From Paragordius varius (Eukaryota; Animalia; Nematomorpha): 64,000 nucleotides of DNA. The notes under the pieces were generated by a model that had not been told where the DNA came from, made no database searches, and saw only the letters and a list, made by a program, of their open reading frames with translations. Shown here in pieces: positions 10,263 to 22,600 of this stretch. The stretch is from positions 1,674,001 to 1,738,000 of the forward strand of contig OZ176052.1 of the NCBI GenBank assembly GCA_964247055.1. Reading direction: 5' to 3'. The translations under genes were made by a program, and so were the position numbers. Numbering within the stretch: the first letter of the stretch is position 1; the number at the start of each line of letters is the position of its first letter.

Positions 10263-13200
10263 TTAATTGACAATAATCATTTTAAAATAATGTGTGAAAT
10301 CAGTGATATGAGTGAATTGTTGAAATACAAGGCTTAATTGATTAACAAGCATGTCTGATAAATGTATTTTCTCCTTAACTAAAAGTTCCAGGAAAGCAAA
10401 CGTAATTTTCATCCATATACATTTGTGCATTTCATTATCCTAATCATAAAATTTAAAATATAACCAACAAAAGTTAAATAGGTTATGGATAAAAAATGTC
10501 TTGACAGGTGATGGTTTTTTTAGTTTCAGTAAAAAAATTTAAATAAGCGAGATTAACAGCGTTTTCAATAGATTTTTTTGAAAAATAAAAATTAACTTGA
10601 CAAAAAGCCCTTTAAAAATTTGCAAATTAGAAAATTTCAATCACCTATAATTCTATTTAAAGCAAAGTTAAAATATATACTAATATATTAACAAAAATAA
10701 AAAAACTCAAAGAGTATTTTTTGTGTCAAATAACCTTTTGTAAAGAATCTAAATGACTTTCAATTTGTCGAGGATGGTGTGACATAATAAATTTATCAAA
10801 ATGTTGAATGTTTACGACAGGGCTTGTTTCCTGTTCCAAATTAAGGCTTTTCTGTTTTCGTATTATGGGTTGTTTTTGATTTTTTTCCAATCTTTTATGG
10901 GTGGAAATCGAAGATTTTATTCCGCGTGTAGTTATATTTGACAATGTAATATTTTTATTTGAAGGGACAGGAGTGTTGGAAAAAAGATTGGCAAATGTCA
11001 GTGGTGTGGTACAACTACTAAAGCGTTTATTTTTACTCTTATTGTTTTTCGGTAAAGATGGTTTTCTGTATATATAAATATATATACCATTTACAGTTTA
11101 AATTCAACCTTGAACAATTCGAATTCACCCTAAAATAAATTATGGATTTTCGAGATTAAAATTCACCTTTATTTTATAATATTTTCACAAAATATGGAAT
11201 TCTGTTTAAATGCTGAAAAAATAATAAACTATGTCGTAAAAATATATTTCATATTAATGGTGAGTTATATTATCCCGAAATCACAATCGATTTTTTTAGG
11301 GTTAATTTGAATTGTTCGAGGGTGAATTTGAATTGTAAATATATATTATATCAAATTATTTATAAATAATGGATAGTAACTATAATATATTATGAAGGCC
11401 TAACCTATATTGCCGTTTCTATAATTTATGACTTTTGAAAAATTTATAGCGTGTTTATAGATTCCAATCTCTTTGTATGGTTAAAAAATTAAATTATCAT
11501 AGTCAATATTAATTCTTGAATCAGTCAGTTATGATAGAAAAAATTCCACCAAAAGGGAATAATATTATTTTAAGAAGCATTACTACAACTCTAAATTTTA
11601 TAGTTTCTTACGGCATACTCAGAAAAGTAAACAGTATAAATTTCTCGATTTTCACGCAACTTAACTATAACCTTCTTTCTGTTTTGGAAAACTAGATATA
11701 AATTATAAATATGATAATTGACTTAAATTTTATAGGGTTATAAATACTAAATGTCGTCATATGGAAAAAAATTTATATATTGTGCAACAATAAATATGTT
11801 AACTTGGGTTAACTTAATTTAATCAAAGCGAGAATAGTGAAAATAAATTTTTATAATGGTTATTTAAATAATTACTTAATATCTTGGTTATTGAGTACAC
11901 AATAAAATGTGAGGAGAGAATCCAAAAAACTCAAAAATAATTTGCAATCATCATTCAAGTTCCCGTTTGTGAGACCATCAATATCGTTTCTGAGTATATA
12001 TGGTAATGAGAGCAAATTATTTTAAAAAATCATTTAAAATGTTAAATGTTTTTTTAGTTATACTTACAAAAAATAAGATCATAAAATTAGTATATGGACA
12101 TTAAATAAAATTTGACAAATTAACTAAATATAGTGTTTATATTTTGGTTTCTTTTGTGTTGATATTAAATTGGAAAAAATATTTTTTGTTAGAAAAAAAA
12201 TTCAAAGATACCTTTTAACAGTCAGGTGAAACAAAATTAATCCATAGTAAGCAAATGCTAAACTTCCAACCCTATATAGATTGGGTAAAATAGTTGTTGA
12301 TTCAGTATTTTCCAAATTAGTCTTTGAGTAGGATTGATTAGAATTTTGGACATTTTCATATGGAATGCCGCTATTTTTATTGAAATTGTCCTTACTATTT
12401 TTAGCGGATATTATTTGGGATTGATGAATATAAAAGCATCTTTTAAGTAAAAATTTGAGACCAGGTCTTCGATCAAACGCACACGTTAAATGGTATGTTT
12501 GGGTTAGCGCATGCAATAAAAAGCTAAAAATAAGAGGTAATATATATATATATATATTTGGCGTTTTGATGATCACACTTCACTTTATATAATTTGTGCA
12601 AAAAATTATTTTTTTAAGTTACTTATTAGTTAACAACTAAAATATCACAATAACATTTTAGAATCATGGCAGATTGCTATTTTTTTTAATATTAAGTAAT
12701 TTGAAAAAAAAAATAGAATACCGAAAAAAGATTCAGCCATATAAAGTCATTTGTAACTATATGGCAAACTTTAAATCACCATACTTAATACCTAGGACCA
12801 AGATAAAAGCAAAAAATATATATTATTATGGAAAATGGCAAATTACTTAATTTTAGGAAAAAATATTATCATATCCATTAAGAATTCCCTACTTTTATAA
12901 TTTTTTATCATAACATTCGTAGTTTGATCTGGATGCTTCATTCAATCCTTTCGATATACTTATATTCTTATTTATGGTTGTGCCCCCTTGTTTGCGATCA
13001 ATGAAAAGATTGACTTGACTGGGCACAGTGTTAAAATGCGCCGTATTTATTATGTAATGACTTTGGCAAAGTTTTAAGGCTAAATCACCCAATAATTGGG
13101 TATACAACCACGTTCCTAGCAATGAATTAACAAACTCGTCAATGTACATTGTAAATCTAAGAGACGCAAAAAAATAAAATACGTGGAGAAATGATTGAAT

Positions 13201-16200
13201 ATAATAATATATCATAAATCTCTAGAATTATTTTTGTAATTTACAGAAAATTTAGTGTTAAAGCATGCTATATATATAATTTATTTTCTTAAATTGAGGC
13301 AACAATAAAAGTTTGATTCTTACAATTTAGAATAAAATCACATTTAAAAAAACGTAATTGAAAAAAGTGAAATACTTTAAATTAGTGTATATGCCTGATG
13401 CGGATATACTTATAATTTCATCCAACTTAGGAGAATCGTTATGTGTAGTATTTGCTGGTAGATGAGCACTTTTTATGACAGAGTTTTCATTGTCAAAATA
13501 AAATACCTAATTATGTAACATCACAAAATAATCCATTATAAATATTTGGATTTTAATATAAACATTAAATTAAGCTTTTTTATGAGAACTGTAAAAATTG
13601 TAATTATAATACGAACAAAACGTAAAAATATAAAGACAAATTTTTTTTTAAAAAACAATACTTTTTTAAAGCTTAGTTTTTCCTATATAAAGTAATTAAT
13701 TACAATCATAAAGTGCATAATTGATTGTGTTATTAATATGCATCTCTATTTTATACTTTGTAGTTTAAAACAATGATTTATATTAAATCGTCTAGCAAGC
13801 ATGGTTCTATTTTTTAGGAAAAAATTTCAATTTTACTGTACAAATGATTTTAATTTTAAACACTTTTAGGTGTCTTAAAAAAAAATTTAAAATTAAATAT
13901 CATAATAGTATATATCACCTCTTTTATCATATCCATTCGTAACTTTGTTTCACGTTTAACCCATTTATTTCCTGCTTTAACCATTGTTTTACTATCATCA
14001 CAGGGTAAATTCTCAAAATTATTATTCGAGTTAATTGGTAATACTTTTTGTCGTTTGTTGGTATGCTTTAAAACACCCAATCGTATATCGAAATTTAATT
14101 CATTCCCATTCATATTCCAATTTCCTGGTTCAAAAATGATTGTAATCAATTGACATTTATGCAATAAATGGTTTTGACAAGCCGACAGACACAACAGTAT
14201 TTGATCAATCAAAAGTTTTTTGTCAAAATTATCAATGTTTATTATATTGGTGGAACTTATATTTTTATTATTGGACACAAATGTAGAATCAGGATGGGTG
14301 TTGGACAATATTGCAGTGTTAAAAAACGATGATGACCATTGAAATAAATAGTGTCTAAATGGTGGAAAAAATATTTTTTCATCGTTTTTATATTTTGAAT
14401 AATTGGATGTAAAAAATGGAATAAAACATATTTTTTGGTAATTACGGGACTACACAGAAAAAATTAGCCCCAAATATTTAATTATATCAGGTCAAATGAA
14501 TTAAAACTGCAAAAAAATGATGATAAAGTAGTCTCTAAAAAATTTGTCATTTTTTACTAAAAATAACATTATTTAAAGAAAAAAGGGATAATATCAAAAA
14601 TAATTTGTCTATCGCACGTAAATTGGTTTATTGATATAACAAACTAAAATTTATTTTGATATTTATATCCTAAAAATAAAAGTTACCTTAAACTACTTAT
14701 GCTACTATTTATGCACAAAATGTCATTTTGCAAAAAGCGGTTTAATTATGTCGTTTCAAAATTTAACAATATTAAAAAATCATTTTTGATGTTTAAAATT
14801 ATTAAAACAAAATAATCACCTTAAACTACTTATGCTAGACGCAGTAAGGGCAAAACTGCGATGATTGCATACAGCCAATGTATATGTGGTTAATAATTGG
14901 GAATTTAGCTCTAAACAGCTGTTGATGGCTTCCTTAATCTGTGGTTGTAAATGCTGAAACTCTCTATTCAGTATTTTCTTTTCATTTACGAAATATTTCT
15001 CAGTTATTTTCAAGAGCGAATCAGTTAGGATTGCAAGCAAACTTTTAACATTTTCCACACGACTTGCAATGTAATTTTTATGCATTTTTTCGCCGTTTTT
15101 GGATATTGTACCACCTTGGGAAATAGCATCTTTATTTATGCTTATATTATTATGTGAAAATGTGTCGGATATAATACAATCATTTAGTTTGGTAAATACC
15201 ACCATATAAATGTTGACGAGATATGTATTAATTAATGACTCTTTATTATCGTTAGTGCCTTGTTGTGACAAATCTTGTCCAATCATCTCAAATATGGATT
15301 CATGATCTAAAGAATATATTAGTTGAATTTTGAAAATTTGTATTACAAATCATAAAATATTCTTACAATATTTAACATACATACCATTTAGTTTTGGTTT
15401 TTTAGTTTTGGCTTGAGAATAATATTGATTTAGAGCTAAATCAAAAATACGATCTAAAAATTTTGAGACGGAATTCGATATGGTAAAATTTGCATTTGGA
15501 TTGAAACATAACTCCGTTTTATCAATTTTACCGTTAGGGGGTGAGTTTGTAGTATAAATATTTGGCTAATATAAATTAAATAATATATATATATATATAT
15601 ATATATAAGGCCCTTTTAAATAAGGTAATAAAAACATTTATGTAAAATTTTAAAACCAGTTCTAAAAAATACCATAAATATATCGTCGTAATCAGTAATT
15701 AGGGTAGAGAAGGCAATAAAATCTATGTTGCTTGCAGATTGGGATTTTATATGATTCTTCAAGTATTGCTCGCGTCTTTGTCGAAGGATAATTAAAAGTC
15801 TATGGAAAAAATTGGTTTTATATAATAAAATGTCTAATTATAATTTAAAAAAAATTAAAATTTTATTTGCATACTCTTGCAGGTGATTTAAAGATTTGTT
15901 ATCATAATGTAAGACATTATTTGATGATTTTCGGCACAAATGTATGAAAAGCTGTGTCCATATATGGCATATTGGCGCAAATGCTTCATGAGTACTAACA
16001 ATCCCTATCAATAAGTTAATGCAAAAATTAATTTTTTCAACATTACAAACATAAACACATAAACAGAGTTTCCCAGTAAGCTGCATAAAATTCATTTTTA
16101 AAATTATATACTTTCAATAACTTGTCTATCCACATCTTTAGTATTGTCGCCGAAATAGAGATATGGAATATTGTCAAATACAAAATTTTGGACATAGCCA

Positions 16201-16634
16201 TAATGCAGTAATCGACTCAGGAAATCCATTAAATTTTCAGACCATTTTATAATTTCTTCTTTGCAAATGCCAAAGTTTGAAGTATCCAAATAGGCAGAAA
16301 GGGAAGTTAATACTTTAGTTAACATAAGTATGGTTGAACATTCATGAGCGGTTAAATCATACCCCTTAGGTATATAACTAAGAGGTGAGGTTAAATTTTC
16401 TTTCAAATTATACGCATTTAGTTTGCTACAGTGTTTTTCCACAAAGGCAATTACATATAATTTCAAACAAGTTAATATGGAAATTAGGCCTGAGCCTAAA
16501 TTGTGTTCTGTATTGTTAGTGTTAATATTATTATCATTCTGCGGTATAAATGGTCTTTTTTCAAATTCTGAAGGTTCAGCCGGAGATGAGACCATAATAA
16601 TAATCGAGTTAATTTGTTCAAATATCTATCATAT

Positions 16635-16690
<56 letters not shown>

Positions 16691-19600
16691 TGTATGTTAC
16701 ATATTAAAGTTACCAATGACCAAAAGCATATAAATAGATTTTAAGGTATTTTTAATAAATAACGGCTAAAAATTTGTCAAAATATAAGCTTGATCTTGAA
16801 TATATATATCGTATAACTAGTAAAAAAAAATTTGAATATAAAATAAAAAAATTAGAGGCAAAAATGAATTGACCTACTACCTTAGCTATAAATTTTTGTC
16901 GACACATATTGTTTCTTTCAACGCGATGGGGAGATGGAGATTCATTCAAAGTAATGAGGGAATCATCCAAAGCCAACATCATAAATTCATAGTATATGGA
17001 CATAATCTAATAAGTAATATTACAATAAAATATGCCAATATATCATATACAGTATAGTTTGCATTTTAATTGTTGCTTATTTCAAACTATAGTTGAACAA
17101 TTTGCAAACAGGAGTGCATGGAAAAAAAGAAAAGAAATAATTGTTTATTCACCATTTTGTTGTTTTTTCCATACACTACTGTGCATTGCAAATTGCCCTA
17201 CTGTAGTGTAAAATAAGCAATCATAAAAATGCATATTGTAATCACAAAAATCTAAAAAAAACCATATCAATCAGGAATTTTATTTTTAGAATTCGCCCAT
17301 TTTATAACCATACGAGTAAATTATTTTAAAAATTACCTTTTGATTTATATGAAATCCTGGCTGTTCTGCAAACGTAGAACTAAAAGCGTCAATTAACTTT
17401 TGGTTAATATCTAATACAGTTTTACAGTATTCCCAACCTATCTCCCAACCCATATATACCATCTGTAATATAGAATTTAATGCAAAATTATAAAATATAA
17501 AAATAGTACATTTGATATTTAGTCAAATCAATATATGAATCTTTTTTTTAGAAAAATTGCTTCTACAATTGAAATAGAGTTTTGTTTTTATTTATAAATC
17601 CATTGTTTTTAATCATCATCATTGTTTTAAAAAATTATATAAATTATAATGATAAAAATTCTGTAGATATAATTTTTACTGATTATTATTTTTATAAAAA
17701 AAACTTAAATTCTCTCTCCAACCTGTTTCATCGTTTTAAGATAAAAATTTTGCCAAATATTCATGATTTGTATCAATGGTTTCCCCGATTTTAGTGTTTG
17801 ATGTAAAAGTTCATATATTTGACTGATGATCCATTTTATATGGTTTAAATCAAAATATTTTTCCATTTTTAACGCTTGTTTTGAATGACCTTGTACAGGA
17901 TTCTCATTAACTGCCTTTGGCTTTGATTTTGATGTTTCTAGTAAAAGTTAAGTGCTTTATAAGCATTTATATACCATTTACAATACAAATTCACCTACGA
18001 ATAAATTATGTGTTTTTTAAGATTAAAAATTACCCTTATTTTGAAATATTGTTAAAAAATGAAATCACGTTTAAAGTTAATATAATACCGAAAAAATAAA
18101 AAAAAACTATGTTATAAGAATATATTTATTATTAATGATGAGTTATATTAGCTCGAAAACACATAATTTATTTTATTGTAAATGTTATATTAAAAAAATA
18201 TGAAATGATAATTAAACTTAATAAAAAGAAAATTTTAATGAATAAAAAATACCCTTTCTACCGATTATTGTATATTTATCTCGGTAAGCTTGTATATAAT
18301 ACAAGGCATATGAATGCAGTGATTGACCCAAAATTAGTAATTTTTCAAATTCGATCCCAATATAAAGATCTTGAAGAACTCTAAGGAAAGGAAAATGAAA
18401 AAATTTGCATTTTATAATTGACTGACTGAAATAATGATAAGATTTTATTTATGCTACACATTTTTATACTACAATTATTCAAAATCATGTAAAAACAGCT
18501 CAGAATTGAATTGCAGATACGTTTGTTTAATCTCCTTAAAAAAAGGCTATCCGGTTATCTTGATATAAACAAGCGTAACCATGTAAACTTTAAGTGAGAT
18601 TAATTACAATTTTAATATCGATTTAAAAAGTTAAATATAACTATAATTTATGACAATTTTTGTTAGTTCATTGCCAAAATTTGAAAAGATATTGTATTCA
18701 ATTAAAATTTGATTAAGCAATATCATTTTTTTGCTTAAATTTAGCATTACTTATAAAAAAAATTGTCTGATATTTTTTGACAGGAGTAAACTGTAAAAAT
18801 GGCCGCGTGTTGGACACCCGATATTTAAATGATTATCTTCGATACCAGAAAATAAAAGAAAATAAAAAACAACCCAATTTAAATTAAAGCCCAATCAATC
18901 AATTTTAGCTGTCCAAATTTTAGCGAAATGCAATAAAAATTACTTGTTAAGTTGGTTGAAAAGATTATTAATCGCAGGTGAGAAAAGATGAAATGGAAAT
19001 TTATTTATATTAATACTATAGTTATTATTAGTGCTATGAGGTGATGTTTTTGATTTGAATTCATGAACAGGATCTAAATTATATATCCAATGCATAAAAT
19101 TTTTGTAGGATAAATCTTGCAGGGTACATTCATTGCCAAACTTTATAAGTGAAAATAGTGTATCACAAAAAAATGTGGAATCAGTATTTGAAGTATTGAT
19201 ATCACCTTTTTTTGTGGATTGATTTTCATTTCCATTTCTATAGATTGAATATTGGAAATATCAAAAAATAAATATCTTAAAACAAATGCCTTACTACAAT
19301 TAAAATGCCAAACTGTAAATGTCAGCAGGTTTTAATCGTAAAAAGATGTCTTTAAAATAAAAACTGTCACCGATATAAGTCTATATAATCTAAAGTTTTA
19401 AGGCTGCAAAATATGAGATAAAAAAATAAAATTTTATTGTTTCAATTTATGTCCAATACGATTATTCCGACGAAATTTGATTTGAAAATTCCATTCCATA
19501 TATTTAAAATGCTATTTATTAATAATAAAATTACCTATTATTTTCTGTGGTATTTGCGTTTTTTTGATGAGGGCACAAAATTTGCCTTACATCTTTAACA

Positions 19601-22600
19601 AATGGTTCTAAATGCGTACTTGGCAACTCAAAAAATGCTTTTATCCGAACAATCATTCCATAAAATCTATTGAAAAATTGAAAATTAAATATAGTAAAAC
19701 TTTAAACCCAAAAAAATAATTTTACATTATATGATTACATATATTTAGATAATAATATTTCTAAGAATTTATAATTAAATTATAAATATATATTTTAGAA
19801 ACGTCAGTGTTAATAATTAACAAAAAATACAGAAAAAACGGAGGAAAAAGATTTAGATAAATTTTGAAACTCTTTACACGTTTTTAGGTTTTTTAAAGCG
19901 CTAAAATAATATAGCATCTCCATATTTATAAATTTGGGCCAATATTAACGGTATAGTATCAAAGAATAAATTTTTTTGAAAAAAAAAGTATAACCTTAAA
20001 ACATGGGACCATAGACGTGAATCTTGCCGCAAGGATTTACAGATAAATATTTTACTGGTCGTATTTTGTATCCCATATAAAATGTATAAACCAATAGCCA
20101 GTATAGTTAAATCAAACATTTTTCTACCATTCGTCGTAGATGTCCGTATATTCTCATGGGTTTGTTTCAAGCGGCTTTTTTGGGATTTTTGTTTAAATTG
20201 AAATTTTTTAGGAGTACTTTTCGTGTAATGTTTTAACAAATATTTGAATTTACGATTAGCAAGTCTTTTAAGTGACACTTGTCCATCCAAAATAGATGGG
20301 TAGGCGGTGGCATTAATATCCAATCTATTTGAAAATTTTAAGAAAATATATAATATTAATGCTCTAAGAAAAATAAAATAACTCATAACAGAATATGAAA
20401 AATAAATAAATTGGCTTTTGTATTTTAAAACAACCGAATTATCTTTTCCAATTGTTAACAAATGTAAAAAAAGTCTTATGGAAAAGATAATAAATCAATT
20501 TTTAAGTATTTAAATTTGATATATTTCTATTGTTTTCTTTCTAAAAATATAATAATATTTGATTTCATACCCCATATCATACAAATTAATGGTGGAGAAA
20601 AATTGAACAAATTGTTGTAGTATTGTGGAAAACATATTACCGATATAACATAAATGATCCATGTAATCTAACAATAAACGAATTTTTTATAATATATAAT
20701 CTTAAATTTATTGTTTTAGGACAAGTGATTTGGTAAAAATAATTATATTAGGCTAAAATCTATATATTTTTTACATGTTGAAAAATAAATGAACATTTAA
20801 AATATCTAAGTTTAAAAAATTATATATGTTATCTTTTGCTCAAAAACATTACTTATTCGCAATAATTATTGTTTAAGGTTAATATATTGTAAAGGAAGGT
20901 TTACCACATTGTGCAATTATTTGCACCAACATAAAATTTGATTCAATTTTCCGTAATAAATGAATCAAAAAAGAGTTATCTGATGATTGCCTTGGTAAGA
21001 AGGATTGTGATAATATATTTCCAGAATTAATATTGTTGTAGTAATTTTGTTGATATAAGGTCGACGGTTCTAAATACAGCATATTAATGAGGATATTTAA
21101 AACATGTTCCTTGTCTTTAATAATATGATTATAGGTGACACTGTTAAGGCTATTTTTACGATTGGGTACTAGGATACCCCCGAATGTTTTAGCATCGCAT
21201 GCACTTTTAAAGAACTGATCCAAAAATTTGGCATAAATTTTCTTTCGATCGTGATGACCTAAAAATATAAATATATATAAAAAAGGGCAAATTTAACATG
21301 TATAAAAAATATTTAACGGACTATATCAGGGGTGTTCAACACAAACGGCTTCGCCGGCCGCATTCAATAAATACATATGGGAATTAATAAATATTTAGTT
21401 AGATTTCAAACATAAAACTAATGTAGAAAAATCAAAGTGCTATTTATTTTGCCAATTTCTGATAGTTTGTTGCTATTATTAAAAAACCTTTTACTATTTA
21501 ATTTTACTGTTATTGAGCCATATTATTGCGAATTGTGTAATCTGTGTTAATTGATAGATTTCCAAAAACTCCGCAGGCCTCGGTTGTGGACACCCCTGGA
21601 CTATACTTAATAAAAACCGTTAAAATTGTTTTAAACATACCATCTTCGAGAGAATTATCACAATGTGAGTTAGGATTGATTGTTTGACATAATACTCGAT
21701 ATGAATGGGTAAAATTTGTGCAAAAACATTCGTGATCTTTATGACTGTTCAATGTTAATTTTAAACCTAACCTTTCACTATTTACGCAATCTAATTTAGG
21801 AAATGATATAAAAAGAAATGTTATACCAAATATCTTATGATACCCGATAAAACCTAATGAAAATCAGCCTAACAGTAAATTTTTGCAATTTAGACGCATA
21901 TATGGATATGTGTTAATTTTGAAATTATAGCATTCATTAATAATTGTAAAAACAGTTCAAAAAAATTTTCTTTACCTAAAAATATTCATCAATCATATGC
22001 CACCTGACATATTTTTAGTTATACCAATTTACAAGTAAATTAGCAATATAACAGCAAATTAAAAACCCCAGGACATAAAACAATGTACAAATGAAAATAA
22101 TCATTTAATAAAATGGACTTATTAATAGCGAGCAAGCGTTGGTTTTTCGGTAAAAAAGGCAAATTTCAAACATATTTTAGGTATAAAAAGTATTTTTTCT
22201 ATAAGCTTTTACCTTTAATAAAATTGATAAAATTAGATTTTTTGGTAGCATTTTCCATGGTGAAGGAAATAATGGGTTGTTTTAGAATGTTGTCAAATAT
22301 TTGAGAGATCCAACATTCAGTATATACCATGTTAAATGAATCACATTTAAAAGCTTGCTTGAATTCTTTCAACTATAAAATTAATATTTAATAAAAGCGA
22401 AATTTTAAAACTTGAAATTGCATATTATTTAAAATGTTATAAATTAATATTTATGTATATTAGTTGGGGGACGGATTAAAATTTATTTTTTTTTAAAATA
22501 ATGAAATAATAACCAAAAATATATAAAAAAAATAAAAATATATATATATATATTTAAACATTTTTAGGCTCTACTATAAAATAATTACCAGTTCATCTTG

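Noticed and set aside
16423-17057. Plus-strand ORFs antisense to BIG3 exons (also 22113-22304, 44427-44829, 50177-50464, 55345-55626)
   Set aside because: They are shadows of the minus-strand coding exons; the BIG3 motif matches are on the minus strand.
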